From a virus (lineage: Duplodnaviria > Caudoviricetes), in the IMG/VR virus record IMGVR_UViG_3300012926_000005, positions 1 through 59,548 of that record: a stretch of 59,548 bases of DNA; one strand, given 5' to 3'. The position numbers were made by a program, and so were the translations under genes. Numbering within the stretch: position 1 is the first letter of the stretch; each line of letters starts with the position of its first letter. Positions 27,491 to 37,347 of the stretch are shown in pieces. The notes under the pieces are model-generated. The model ran no database searches, was not told the origin of the DNA, and saw nothing but the letters and a program-made list of their open reading frames with translations.

Positions 27491-28948
27491 ATGGCAACAG
27501 TGCAGGAGATCAGAGCATTTGCGTTCATGTTGTATTTACTGGCGAATACAGAGAACCGCACGGAAGAGGAGAACATTCGGGCGATTGCGGCAAGGCTTAG
27601 TGAGTACTTGTCCTGCGGAGCCACAACGGAGCTCAGCGCAGCCGAGCCGCCAGCGGAGTGTAATAAATGCGGCATAAGAGTCAGGATATTTGAAGGCATG
27701 GAAGTGCATTCAGATACACTCAGCCCACTTTGCAGTAGTGGCGATTATCTCACTTCGACCGCAGCCCCGTCCGGTCGAGAGGCGCAGCCAGAACCCAGTG
27801 AAGAATGCGGCCATGAATGGGGGCGACCAGAGAATGATCGCCATCGATGCGGAGTTATTGGCGAACATTCGGAGCATATCTGCATGAGAAGCGGATGCGA
27901 AGCTGTCAAGAAAATAGCCGAGCCCGTAAAGGGCAGAGAGGAGATGCCAACTGCAACCGAGGCCAACACCAAAACCACCGCCCGGATATCAGCGACAGGG
28001 GCCAGTGAAGCAGCAGGGAAAGACGCTTTGCTGGCCTCGGCGCTTCAAAAGATTGCTGACAATTATGGCGGCTGCCACTGCGACCACGGCGATGCTAGTT
28101 GCTGTGAAAGAGTTGGAGAATTCTGTCCACACTGTATTGCTGAATTAGCACTTGCAGGACGTGCCGCTTCGCCCGCAGTGCTGGAGTCCAGTTCCGCGCA
28201 GGCAGCGCAAGGCGATAAGGGATGGGTAAGCGAACCGGACTGGCCAACAGAACCGCGCAATGCCAGCTACCGAGCAGGGTTGCGGGATGCGCAGAAAGCA
28301 TTCACAGAATGGAAGGGAAAAGTCATCAGCTATGAGTCTGTCCGACCCTCCGCGCCCCAGGTGGCAGGGCCGAGCCAGATTGCCGATGCGGTGATTGCCT
28401 ACTTGGAGCAGCATGGGCATGAGAGCCATACACGAGATGGGATTAGGGATGTTGTCGCGCAGTTATTCCGTGGCGCACCCGCAGCCAATGTCACCGGAGA
28501 GCAGTTCTTGGCCCGTCGTGGATTCGCGGATAGCCGCAATTATTCATCGACGCAATTAGGGCCATTGCTGGAAGAGTATGCCCGTGGCGGCGCACCCTCA
28601 GGACCGCACAAGGAGCAGAAATTGGACATTACGCCATTGGTGCAGAAGTGGTTTCCAGAAATTGATCCATTCCAAGCTAGAGCAGTTTCGCTTGCTATTG
28701 ACGTGAGTGCGGCATGTTCCGCAGAGCCGCAGCGGTGGCGGGACGTGAAGGTGGACGGTCTGCCGCGAATTGGCCAATGGTGCTGTATTTCCATCGGAGG
28801 GATCGTCCAGCATCAGTCTGCGCAATTCAGCATAGACGAAGGAATGTATTTTTGGGAATGGGCAGATGAGTCATCGGACTGCGCGCCTTTTGAAGTCGTA
28901 ACCCACTGGCAACCACTACCGAGCGCACCTAAATCGGAGAGTTTGTGA
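27491..28948 (+). CDS. Mosaic multi-domain protein with C-terminal DUF551-like domain
   Basis: Cys/His clusters joined by AAPS/AAP linkers; terminal W..V....P...VTHWQPLP..P. Confidence 0.7.
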   Translation: MATVQEIRAFAFMLYLLANTENRTEEENIRAIAARLSEYLSCGATTELSAAEPPAECNKCGIRVRIFEGMEVHSDTLSPLCSSGDYLTSTAAPSGREAQPEPSEECGHEWGRPENDRHRCGVIGEHSEHICMRSGCEAVKKIAEPVKGREEMPTATEANTKTTARISATGASEAAGKDALLASALQKIADNYGGCHCDHGDASCCERVGEFCPHCIAELALAGRAASPAVLESSSAQAAQGDKGWVSEPDWPTEPRNASYRAGLRDAQKAFTEWKGKVISYESVRPSAPQVAGPSQIADAVIAYLEQHGHESHTRDGIRDVVAQLFRGAPAANVTGEQFLARRGFADSRNYSSTQLGPLLEEYARGGAPSGPHKEQKLDITPLVQKWFPEIDPFQARAVSLAIDVSAACSAEPQRWRDVKVDGLPRIGQWCCISIGGIVQHQSAQFSIDEGMYFWEWADESSDCAPFEVVTHWQPLPSAPKSESL

Positions 28949-29273
28949 CTATTGAAGAAAGATTTTTAGACAAGGTTTCGCCCGAGCCGATGTCCGGTTG
29001 CTGGCTGTGGACAGGTGCGACCAATGGTGAAGGCTAATCCTATTCATTTTGGAGCCTGTGACGAATCGAGAGAATGTCATTCGGGGGATCGGGCCGACGG
29101 CTATTAATGCCAAGAAAACGCATTGCATACACGGTCATGAATTTGGCGAAGAGAGCGAATATTTCTGGAAAGATAGGAAGTATAGAGTTTGTCGTCCATG
29201 CGACAGGATCAAGGCCAAAATGAATTATCTGAAGCGTAAAGACCGAAGGAGAGGCCATGACAAAGCAGAATGA
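28945..29273 (+). pseudogene. HNH endonuclease remnant with internal deletion
   Basis: ERFLDKV.PEPMSGCWLWTGA..EG* joined to out-of-frame NP.H/LEPVT..EN..RG...KTHC.HGH; central HR..H.C..CV segment missing. Confidence 0.8.
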
Positions 29274-29448
29274 AGCTTTCTATCAGGGATTCGCCTGCGC
29301 GATTGCTACATTGGCGAGATATGGAAGTACTTCTCCCACGCACATCATGAATGCAAACGGCGTTACCTTGGATGATCTCAAAAAGCATGGCGTTGAAGAG
29401 TTCGACCTTGCTCCGATCCGCGCAGATTGGAGATTGACTCATGCCTAA
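29257..29448 (+). CDS. Hypothetical protein
   Basis: GGAG/GAGG RBS; ORF. Confidence 0.55.
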   Translation: MTKQNEAFYQGFACAIATLARYGSTSPTHIMNANGVTLDDLKKHGVEEFDLAPIRADWRLTHA

Positions 29449-29713
29449 AGAACCAGCCCCGCCGAGCCCCTATGAGCCACGGCTGAGACTACTACAAATG
29501 CAGATAATCGAGGCATATGAGGGAGGATCGTCAATTGACGTGCTGACCGTGCTGCGGAGCGAACTGAGTGGGCTGCTGGAAGTGGCAGCGGAGTCGTTGG
29601 AAGTGCATAAATTTACCCGTAAATTCCTGCTTGCGCTACCCGGTGCAAAAGAAGAATCAAGTTCTCCCATCATCGACAAACTGGCCCAGGAGCTAGCCAA
29701 ATGGAAAAGGTAA
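29441..29713 (+). CDS. Hypothetical protein
   Basis: Overlapping ORF in operon. Confidence 0.5.
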   Translation: MPKEPAPPSPYEPRLRLLQMQIIEAYEGGSSIDVLTVLRSELSGLLEVAAESLEVHKFTRKFLLALPGAKEESSSPIIDKLAQELAKWKR

Positions 29714-29925
29714 CGGACAAGAGCGGGCTTAAGGATTTCTCGGAATTCATTGGCAAAAATTTAGCCCAAATAAAGGCTTCCACATTCGCAGATGGCAGGC
29801 GGGCGGGACTGGAAGAGGCAGCGCGGCTCTGCGAGGATCATGATTGCTCACGCATAGCTAAAAAGGTACGCACCATAGCACAGCCGTCTAACGTTGGACT
29901 TGACAAGCCTGAAGGGTTAGGGTAG
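29701..29925 (+). CDS. Hypothetical protein
   Basis: 'GRRAGLEEAARLCE...IA..VR' phage helical motif. Confidence 0.55.
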   Translation: MEKVTDKSGLKDFSEFIGKNLAQIKASTFADGRRAGLEEAARLCEDHDCSRIAKKVRTIAQPSNVGLDKPEGLG

Positions 29926-29928
29926 GAT
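29900..29928 (+). promoter_or_regulatory. Promoter of the replication operon, abutting a 14-bp motif copy
   Basis: TTGACA-N17-TAGGAT; the motif occupies 29886-29899. Confidence 0.7.
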
Positions 29929-30006
29929 GTAATCTCTTTGGTGGTTGTCTTTGAGAGGGTCAGTGCCCTAACACTGACTCTCTGCCTTTTTAGGGAAAGG
30001 GTTGGC

Positions 30007-30924
30007 ATGGATATTGTAGTCAAGAACAAGCAAAACATCCCATTCTTTTGGTTACAGAACGAAGTTCTCACGGTTTTCGGCCCTAAAATTGGTGCATACG
30101 GATTAGCGGTTTACTGCATTCTCTCCTACCAGTCACAAAACTCCGGCGAAGCAAAAACATCTCTCAGGCAAATAGCTTTTACGCTTGGCATCTCTCCACA
30201 GACGGCTATGCGGTCACTAGAATGTCTGATTGAGAATAAGCTAATTGAGGTCATAAAAAAGAGCCGTTCTCAGGCAGAAGGGCCTAGTATCTATGGCATT
30301 TTGACCGTTCCTATAGGGAACGGTGGGGTAGTGACCGTTCCTGTGGGGAAGCGGTACCGTTCCCCTGTTAACACGGTACCGTTCCTCCAGAGTGACACTC
30401 TTAGTACTTATAGTAATAATAATCTTATAGATTCTTCTATCTCTTCTAAGGATTTTGTATTAGAACCTGAAGAAGTTATAAGCCCCAAACAAAAATCAAA
30501 AACAAAAGAAGGCATCGCCGACCCGCGCCACGGCGAAATCAGAAACGCAATCATGGATGTTTATATGGCGATGAACAAAGTCAGCCCAGGATGGAGCGGA
30601 CGTGAGGCGAAATGTCTAGCTAATTTTCTCAGAGAGCATCCAAGCTGGACGACGGGAAAAATTTTAGAGTGCATCCGGGATCGGTTCCGGTCAGACATAA
30701 ACACGGCGCAGGAGCCACGCTACTGGATTGAACGGCTAGCGGAATTCGCGGCAGGCCCACTAAACGCATACGGCAAACCAAAGAACGGGAGCAACGGAAA
30801 TGGAAATTCAAAAGAAGACGACAGACTTGCAAGAGCACGGGCAGCAATCAACGCAGGACTTCAACCGGGCCGTGGCGGAAATGTTGTACATGACCGTCCA
30901 GCTTTACCGGATCGAACTGACTGA
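30007..30924 (+). CDS. Replication initiator (N-terminal winged HTH, lambda O-like organisation)
   Basis: 'AVYCIL...SLRQIA..LGIS..T..RSL..L.E.KLI' HTH; internal iterons; followed by loader and DnaB. Confidence 0.85.
   Translation: MDIVVKNKQNIPFFWLQNEVLTVFGPKIGAYGLAVYCILSYQSQNSGEAKTSLRQIAFTLGISPQTAMRSLECLIENKLIEVIKKSRSQAEGPSIYGILTVPIGNGGVVTVPVGKRYRSPVNTVPFLQSDTLSTYSNNNLIDSSISSKDFVLEPEEVISPKQKSKTKEGIADPRHGEIRNAIMDVYMAMNKVSPGWSGREAKCLANFLREHPSWTTGKILECIRDRFRSDINTAQEPRYWIERLAEFAAGPLNAYGKPKNGSNGNGNSKEDDRLARARAAINAGLQPGRGGNVVHDRPALPDRTD
30304..30480. repeat. Replication origin: ACCGTTCC iterons plus AT-rich tract
   Basis: ACCGTTCC at 30304, 30334, 30356, 30378; inverted GGAACGGT at 30317; AT-rich 30400-30480. 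Confidence 0.8.
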
Positions 30925-31528
30925 GCAAGTAGCGGCGTTCTGGCAAGAGGCGTTGCAACAGTTGACGCCGGATGAAGTTCGCCAGGGCTTCCTGAAGTAC
31001 ACGCAGTCCGACCGTTGCCAATTCCCACCGAAACCCGGCGACATAATCGAAAAGTCCGGATGGGTCAAGCCGTTCGTGGATATGCGTGATCAAGAGGCAG
31101 CACGGGAAAAGGCGTATCTGGAAAGGCACTGGCAAGGAGATACTGACCCGCATCTATTGTGTGAATGTGGGCATCCGCTGCATCGGCATGGCGTGTTCAC
31201 GGCAAACACTTGCTTAGGGATGCCCGTTGACTTGACGCTCATAGGTTCGTGCGGTTGCAGAAAATTTACGCCTCAACCTGTCGCTAGTCCGCAAAATCCT
31301 ACCATCGGCTCCCAGGTAGACGGAACGCTACACCCTGGCACGGAATACTTTAAATCAGAGCCTATCAGTCCAACGTCAGACAACCCGCACGGCTTTCCGA
31401 TGCCGAAAGACGGAAAATTATTGCCGCATAAATTTATGTTTAATAGCCTAGCACCGGGAAGATGCTCAATGTGTCTTCTGTCTGAAAATGATGTTTGCCA
31501 CGGCATTATTCCTGTAGGCCGAAAATAA
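30800..31528 (+). CDS. Putative helicase loader/inhibitor with C-terminal Cys/His motifs
   Basis: 'W.EAL......V..G........FPPKPGDI' motif; lies between initiator and DnaB. Confidence 0.65.
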   Translation: MEIQKKTTDLQEHGQQSTQDFNRAVAEMLYMTVQLYRIELTEQVAAFWQEALQQLTPDEVRQGFLKYTQSDRCQFPPKPGDIIEKSGWVKPFVDMRDQEAAREKAYLERHWQGDTDPHLLCECGHPLHRHGVFTANTCLGMPVDLTLIGSCGCRKFTPQPVASPQNPTIGSQVDGTLHPGTEYFKSEPISPTSDNPHGFPMPKDGKLLPHKFMFNSLAPGRCSMCLLSENDVCHGIIPVGRK

Positions 31529-32863
31529 GTGAAGAGTCCAACGTTAGACCAGCAATCTCCGCACTCACCGGACGCCGAACGAGCGATACTAGGAGCAGTG
31601 CTACTTGATAATTCCTGCTGGTATCAAACCGACAAAATGGCGGATGTAGATTTCTACTTGCCGTCACATCAGAGAATTTATAGCACTATGGCTGAATTGG
31701 CCGACGCAGGTATAGCAATAGATTTTGTCACTTTGACGGAAGCAATTGGAGCGAGGGACAAACGCGAGTCTAGAGGTAGTGGGATGTGTGAGTCAGTAGG
31801 TGGAGTTGCCTACATCACGTCTTTGACAGACGGACTACCACGGGTAAAAAACATTGAACAGTACGTAAATATAGTTCTGGACAAGTCCAAGCGCCGTCAA
31901 CTTCTACTGGAACTTAGTTCTGCTATTGAGAGGATTCGCGGCGACCACGGGCCGATAGCAGAAGAAATAGCGCAAACCGATGCGCGGCTGATGGAGTTAG
32001 GGTCAAATACCAAATCAGACCCGAAACACATCAGAGAAATTTTAGAGGAAGCCGACGCGCAGCTACATGCCGACATGGTAGAGGCGGGAGAAAGAAAGGC
32101 AATTGGCTTTACCACGGCCAACGACTCTTTGGACGATATGACCGGGGGTTATCATCGACGGGAAGTTACGGAAATCGGCGGCGAAACTTCAGATGGTAAG
32201 TCTGTTCTCATGCGTCAGGGGATCATAGCCAATGCCTGCATGGGAGTCAGGCAGCTAGCGTTTAGCCGAGAGGTCAGCAGGCAGCGCCTAGCGCTGGACT
32301 TCAAGGCGTTCATGTCGCAGACGAACCCTAAGCACGTTTCGGACGGTCGGAAAATGGACATGTTTGAGCGTGAACGATTCAAAGATGTAAACAAGATTAT
32401 TGGCCGCTGGCCATTATGGATAGACGACTCTCGTAGTTTGCATGTCGATGACTTGGTACATAAGGCGAGAAAATTTATCCGGCAGAACCGGGTAGAGATG
32501 ATTTGGGTTGACTACATACAGCTAGTCGCGGGTACAGGAGCTAACGCGACTCTCCAGATGGAAAATGTCTGTAAAGGCATCTGGGACTTAGCAGACGGCG
32601 AAGGCGTAGCAATGGTAGTGCTGAGTCAACTAAATCGGTTCCCAGGTGAAAAAAAACAACGGCCCAGACTTCGGCGGTCAAAAGACTCCAGCAAGATCGA
32701 GCAAGACGCGCACACTGTAATATTCGTTTACCAGCCAGAAGACGACGATGGGCGGCGGATTCCGCAAAAGGCTGAGTTGGTAGTAGCTAAACAGCGCCAC
32801 GGCCCCACGGGGATCATAGGGGTAAAGTTCAATACTGAGACACTTATTTTTGAGGAGAGATGA
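31529..32863 (+). CDS. dnaB: Replicative DNA helicase, DnaB family
   Basis: PHS.DAERAILGAVLLDN, FY..HQRIY, G....GKS, VDYIQL, LSQLNR, IEQDA, KQRHGPTG. Confidence 0.96.
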   Translation: MKSPTLDQQSPHSPDAERAILGAVLLDNSCWYQTDKMADVDFYLPSHQRIYSTMAELADAGIAIDFVTLTEAIGARDKRESRGSGMCESVGGVAYITSLTDGLPRVKNIEQYVNIVLDKSKRRQLLLELSSAIERIRGDHGPIAEEIAQTDARLMELGSNTKSDPKHIREILEEADAQLHADMVEAGERKAIGFTTANDSLDDMTGGYHRREVTEIGGETSDGKSVLMRQGIIANACMGVRQLAFSREVSRQRLALDFKAFMSQTNPKHVSDGRKMDMFERERFKDVNKIIGRWPLWIDDSRSLHVDDLVHKARKFIRQNRVEMIWVDYIQLVAGTGANATLQMENVCKGIWDLADGEGVAMVVLSQLNRFPGEKKQRPRLRRSKDSSKIEQDAHTVIFVYQPEDDDGRRIPQKAELVVAKQRHGPTGIIGVKFNTETLIFEER

Positions 32864-33621
32864 GACTACGAGGCTGCTACGACAATCTAGCACGGGTATT
32901 CGATCAGGCCGACGACATAGACCTGACGGCGGGTCGGGAATGTTTCAGTTCGTATCATGTCATGATGCAGGAAATGTCTTCTGTGTTCGGCTATCCGATT
33001 GAATCAGTCACGGCGGCATTTGTCAGCCTGAGTCCTAACACTGACTACCTGAAAAACCTGCGAAGCGTTGTAACGCTTCTACAGGGCCATAGGCGAGGTC
33101 TACCAGTCGAGGGGCTGACGGTGAGCACCTATGGGCACTGCAAGCTTAGGGCGTGGCAGTATATCAACGGTCTAGACTTTCTCTCGGTCACAAAAGGCCC
33201 AAAGATCACGGCATTCTATAAAAGCATTATCAATCCAGAAGACCCTATCCCTGTAGTGGTAGACGGTCACATGGTAAGCGCTTGGTGCTATCGGCGCATG
33301 AACATGAAAACCGTAGCGTCGAACATGTTTGATTATGGTGCCGTGGCTGAAGACATACGAGCGCTAGCGGGATACAGAGGTTTAATCCCGTGCCAGGCTC
33401 AAGGCGTTCTGTGGTTCACGTGGAAACGTATAAATCAAGTTGTATACAAGAGCAATCTGGATATTTACGGCGATCACTGGCAACTTAAGCGCGGGCTGGA
33501 TGATATAAAGCCATATCCAGACAGAAATATTTTACCGATACAGCAAGAATCCTTCTCTTTTCCCTTGACAACTCAACTGACCTTTGATAAATTGACAATG
33601 CAAGCAGTAGTCCAACGTTAG
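32860..33621 (+). CDS. Conserved phage protein with putative helical DNA-glycosylase-like fold (DUF7178-like)
   Basis: LSP...N, GPKI.AFY..I, VVVDGHM, QAQ..LW motifs. Confidence 0.55.
   Translation: MRLRGCYDNLARVFDQADDIDLTAGRECFSSYHVMMQEMSSVFGYPIESVTAAFVSLSPNTDYLKNLRSVVTLLQGHRRGLPVEGLTVSTYGHCKLRAWQYINGLDFLSVTKGPKITAFYKSIINPEDPIPVVVDGHMVSAWCYRRMNMKTVASNMFDYGAVAEDIRALAGYRGLIPCQAQGVLWFTWKRINQVVYKSNLDIYGDHWQLKRGLDDIKPYPDRNILPIQQESFSFPLTTQLTFDKLTMQAVVQR
33565..33593 (+). promoter_or_regulatory. Promoter TTGACA-N17-TAAATT with a 14-bp motif copy in the leader
   Basis: Motif at 33610-33623 lies between the -10 and the GGAG RBS. Confidence 0.75.
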
Positions 33622-33652
33622 ACCAATTTACTAAAAGAAACGGAGTGATGCC

Positions 33653-34594
33653 ATGTCAGTGAAGGTGAAAAGCAAGTCAAAAGGCAATTTAAGCAAGAGC
33701 GACAGTATTAAAGCCGCGAGAACCGGGGCAGAACCGGGGCAGACGATTGACAAGAAGGCCCAAGCCAAGCTGGACAAAGCGGCCAAGGCAGCGGAAAAAC
33801 AAGCAGCCAAAGACGCAAAGGAAGCAGAGAAGGCGGCAAAGCAGGCGGAAAAAGACGCGCAGAAAGCGGAAATAATCAAGGCCAAAGACCCGTTGATGAT
33901 GAATGGCAAAGTCATGACGGAAGAAGTCAAGCGCGAGTTTGCTATCGCGGAAGACAAGCGATTCCGGAGTCTGGAGTCAAGCTACAGACATACGCAAGTA
34001 GAGATGATGGTCATTCTCCGCGAATTCCAAGCCGCCGACCTGTGGCAGTACGTTGACAACGCTAAAGGCAAGAAGTTCACCAGCTTTGACAAGTGGCTGC
34101 GTGAGGCCGCGCCTGTGTCACGGGCCAGCGCCTATGCCAGCTTGAAGGCTGGGGAAAAGCTGTTGCCGTACATCCCCAAGGAAGAACTGGAAGGCATGAG
34201 CGTCCGGAATATCAACATTCTAAGCAAAGTCCCACGTGTGAAGTTCGAGAAAGTCGATTCGCCTATCAGAAAGGCGGCACAGGGCAGCGAGAAAGACTTG
34301 CGCGATGCGGTGAGCAAACATGCGCCGGAAGCTCATGTTGAGCACAATCAGAAGTTCACGGTTGAAGGCACGGCAGCGCCGATCATCCGAGATGCACTGG
34401 AAGCGGTAAAGCTCCTGTGCGAAGTCTTTGAAGATGGCGAAGCTCTGGAGATTCTAGCAAGTGATTGGCTGCAAAGTACGTCTCAGGACGAGCGGTTTGC
34501 CGGGATGACCAACATGGGAGCGTTTGAGGCCCTAAAGAAGCAGCTTGAATCCGAAGTGGACGAACAGGGCGGTTTGGTAGGAGAGGTAGCTTAG
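33653..34594 (+). CDS. Putative DNA-binding protein with Lys/Ala-rich N-terminus
   Basis: AKAAEKQAAKDAKEAEKAAK repeats; 'LW.....FTSFDKWL.....SRASAY' HTH-like (DUF3102-type) segment. Confidence 0.6.
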   Translation: MSVKVKSKSKGNLSKSDSIKAARTGAEPGQTIDKKAQAKLDKAAKAAEKQAAKDAKEAEKAAKQAEKDAQKAEIIKAKDPLMMNGKVMTEEVKREFAIAEDKRFRSLESSYRHTQVEMMVILREFQAADLWQYVDNAKGKKFTSFDKWLREAAPVSRASAYASLKAGEKLLPYIPKEELEGMSVRNINILSKVPRVKFEKVDSPIRKAAQGSEKDLRDAVSKHAPEAHVEHNQKFTVEGTAAPIIRDALEAVKLLCEVFEDGEALEILASDWLQSTSQDERFAGMTNMGAFEALKKQLESEVDEQGGLVGEVA

Positions 34595-34630
34595 GCCATG
34601 GGCTACCGTGTGGGTTTCTGAGGAAAAACA

Positions 34631-34978
34631 ATGCCAAAGAAGCCCACAAGATCACACGATGGGTACGGCTGGTATCTGACGAAAAAAGGCTACCCCCGGT
34701 TCTTTAAAAATGGCCGTATGAAACACGCATACGTTCACAGGTACGAAGCGGCTAAGATGCTAGGCAGGCCGCTAACGAAAGACGAACAAGTCAATCACGG
34801 ACGGGGCGGGAAGCAAGATTTCAGTTGGGGCAATCTGACGATCCTGGGAATCAGAGAGCATTCGTGGTATTCGGCCAAGCAAGCCTTCTGGATGAAAGTT
34901 TTAGACGTTAAGGCTGAGAAAGAGTTTTACGCAACGATTACGCAGTTAGAGGCAGAAGGGGTAAGGACAGGACTGTGA
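34631..34978 (+). CDS. HNH endonuclease (HNH_3-like)
   Basis: KGY...YVHR..A..MLGR.L...EQV.H....K.D....NL......H. Confidence 0.8.
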   Translation: MPKKPTRSHDGYGWYLTKKGYPRFFKNGRMKHAYVHRYEAAKMLGRPLTKDEQVNHGRGGKQDFSWGNLTILGIREHSWYSAKQAFWMKVLDVKAEKEFYATITQLEAEGVRTGL

Positions 34979-35120
34979 TTGAAAAGTTTGCTATTTGGTG
35001 GGAGCGCATTCAGGAGATAGCGCCGTGGGCATGGCGCACCGATCCGTACCTAGAAGGCATGACGGAAGAACAGTTCAATTGGCTTCGCTCACTCGATGAA
35101 CCGCCAACGGAAATACAACA

Positions 35121-35528
35121 ATGGACTTCAGCGACATAATCGAAGCGGCTCACGATCATGTACAACAACGCCGCAAGAGGTTGGGATTAGTGCCGTGGGA
35201 CTTCAGCAAGCCCCGCATGACCCTAGTGGAGAGAATGGCCTACAATGCCAAGGACGAAGAAGACCGCCGAGTGCAAAGAGAAAATGGCGTGTATGCTGTG
35301 CGGGACGTTCTGCGGGAGCTGGGAAGAGTGCGTAAGTACGCAAAGAGGAAGAAAAAGGATCAAGCCGGGTGCGGTGATGTACGACACGGCGAAAATGTCC
35401 AGCCCGGAGCACTGCCAAAAAGTCGCAAATACAATAAGCACTATCAGGCAGCAGTATCCGCACTTAACTCATCGAGAAGCAATACTCTTGAAAGTTCTGA
35501 GAGAAGTGTACTGGCGGTCAGACACTAG
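35121..35528 (+). CDS. Hypothetical protein
   Basis: ORF; overlaps alternative frame 35245..35595. Confidence 0.4.
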   Translation: MDFSDIIEAAHDHVQQRRKRLGLVPWDFSKPRMTLVERMAYNAKDEEDRRVQRENGVYAVRDVLRELGRVRKYAKRKKKDQAGCGDVRHGENVQPGALPKSRKYNKHYQAAVSALNSSRSNTLESSERSVLAVRH

Positions 35529-35765
35529 CGGTGGCGGGCCAGGGCCGCAGTATTTAGCTAAGTTGAATATCAAGTACGGAGGAAGTCATCATTAAGCAAT
35601 CTGAGTGCGGTATAAACGAAGCTCTACAGATTGCCGTCAACGCCCTGAGGGGCTCTATACCGTCGGCTACGCGAGAGCAAAAAGAAAAAGCTGCTGAACG
35701 TCTACTGAGAGAACTTAACATGAGGCGGAAGATTTACAGAGACGCCAAAAGGAAGCAGAGGGAAA

Positions 35766-35969
35766 ATGGCAAAGCGTGAAATAGCAAGCGTGGTTGTGAC
35801 ATTCGACCCTAACACGGGCAACATTGGCGTGGCTCCGGATGCGTGTACTCAAGCGGAAGTTCTGGCAATCTTAGAGGCTGCAAAGCAGATTGTAGTGCAG
35901 CAAGTATTCTCGCAGGCCAGAAGCGCGGGAACTATTTTAGACTCGAAAGGGATGATACCGGGGAACTGA
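35766..35969 (+). CDS. Hypothetical protein
   Basis: GAGG RBS; ORF. Confidence 0.6.
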   Translation: MAKREIASVVVTFDPNTGNIGVAPDACTQAEVLAILEAAKQIVVQQVFSQARSAGTILDSKGMIPGN

Positions 35970-35970
35970 C

Positions 35971-36414
35971 ATGGAAACCAACACAGCCCGGTCAAAGCAC
36001 TACCTAGAAAAGCAGGGGTGGAAGTGTTGGACAGTTGAGCAGATGGTCAGGATACCGCCGAGACTAGGTATGCCTGCCAAGATGTTCAAGCGGGATGCGT
36101 TTAACTTTGGAGATTTGCTTTGCTTTAAGCCTATCTGCTTAGGCGTCTACGCCACAGAGAAAGGCATAGCATTAGTACAGACCACATCTCGGTCAAACCA
36201 GTCCGAGCGAATTAAGAAAATCCATGAGATACCAGAGGCCGAGGGATGGCTACGATCTGGGGGCCGCATTTTCGTACACGGATGGGCGAAGCGTGGGCCG
36301 CGTGGAGGCCGTAAGGTCTGGGAAGTACAGGTAACAGAACTAGGTACAGAGGACGAAAAGAAGATCACGGCGGAAGAGGCTCCGCTGTTCATAGGTGCAG
36401 ACGATGACTTCTAG
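35971..36414 (+). CDS. Putative Holliday-junction resolvase (Hjc-like PD-(D/E)XK)
   Basis: YLEKQGW...VE, D.F.FGDLL, LVQTTS motifs. Confidence 0.65.
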   Translation: METNTARSKHYLEKQGWKCWTVEQMVRIPPRLGMPAKMFKRDAFNFGDLLCFKPICLGVYATEKGIALVQTTSRSNQSERIKKIHEIPEAEGWLRSGGRIFVHGWAKRGPRGGRKVWEVQVTELGTEDEKKITAEEAPLFIGADDDF

Positions 36415-36679
36415 GCCGCGCATTACCCGCGAAGGGAACCGTTGGAGAGTTGTAGGATGGGCAAATAATTTCACCGTGAGAAGTTTTGCCCATGCCTGTT
36501 TCTGTGCCAAGTATTGTCTGAAAGAGCCTAAGAAAATAGGGGCCGCATGGTCACCGAAAGAGCAGCCGGGAAGTGTTGAGTGAAGTTCGTTTTGGCAAGT
36601 TTACTACGCCAATATCCGCGAGTTGCGTCCGGAGCCTGAGCGGACTTCACTGAGCTGTTCTGCGGAATAGGGAGGAGAT

Positions 36680-36877
36680 ATGAGCTATAAAGACGAGCGT
36701 TGGTTTCGAGATGGAGAGTGTGATGAATTGTGCTCTGGTGATTCGCCAGAACGGGCCAAAGCCCGCCAATTCATACGCGACATTCTGTGGGAGAAACCGG
36801 GGAATAAGCCGAGACTAGATCGAGAAAACCTTATGGTCGATGATTTACTTTCCCAATTTACAACAAGGAGAAATTAA
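36680..36877 (+). CDS. Hypothetical protein
   Basis: GGAGGAG RBS. Confidence 0.55.
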   Translation: MSYKDERWFRDGECDELCSGDSPERAKARQFIRDILWEKPGNKPRLDRENLMVDDLLSQFTTRRN

Positions 36878-37347
36878 ATACAGCCGGGGGGGCGATGTGA
36901 GCAACACAGAAAAATTACGGAGAATACTTAAACGCGGGCGCGAATATAGCGAGATGGCGCGTATTTCCAGAAACCAAGATTTACAAGGAATGGCTGATTA
37001 TCAAAGCGGCGTTAAGTTCGGTCTATTTCTAGCAGCACAAAATATTGCGAACGGGCGCGGCTGTGACCCAGCCCACGCAGAGGAGGCGGTAAATGTTTGC
37101 GAGGGATGATGACTTCTAATTTAGATAGATGGATTTATTTGCTAGACCCAAGTAAAAATAAGCCAACATTGGTTTACTCTGATCAGTTATTTAGTGTGCT
37201 GGATGCGATAAAAAACTACATCGATTGCAAATCTAATTCATGCATTTCTAAGCCGCACATTACTATGGGCAGAGGACCACAGTGTCCTGGTTGCGGAGGA
37301 GACAGTAAAAAATGTGGTCACAGTAGGTCGCATCGCGGCGGAAGTCG

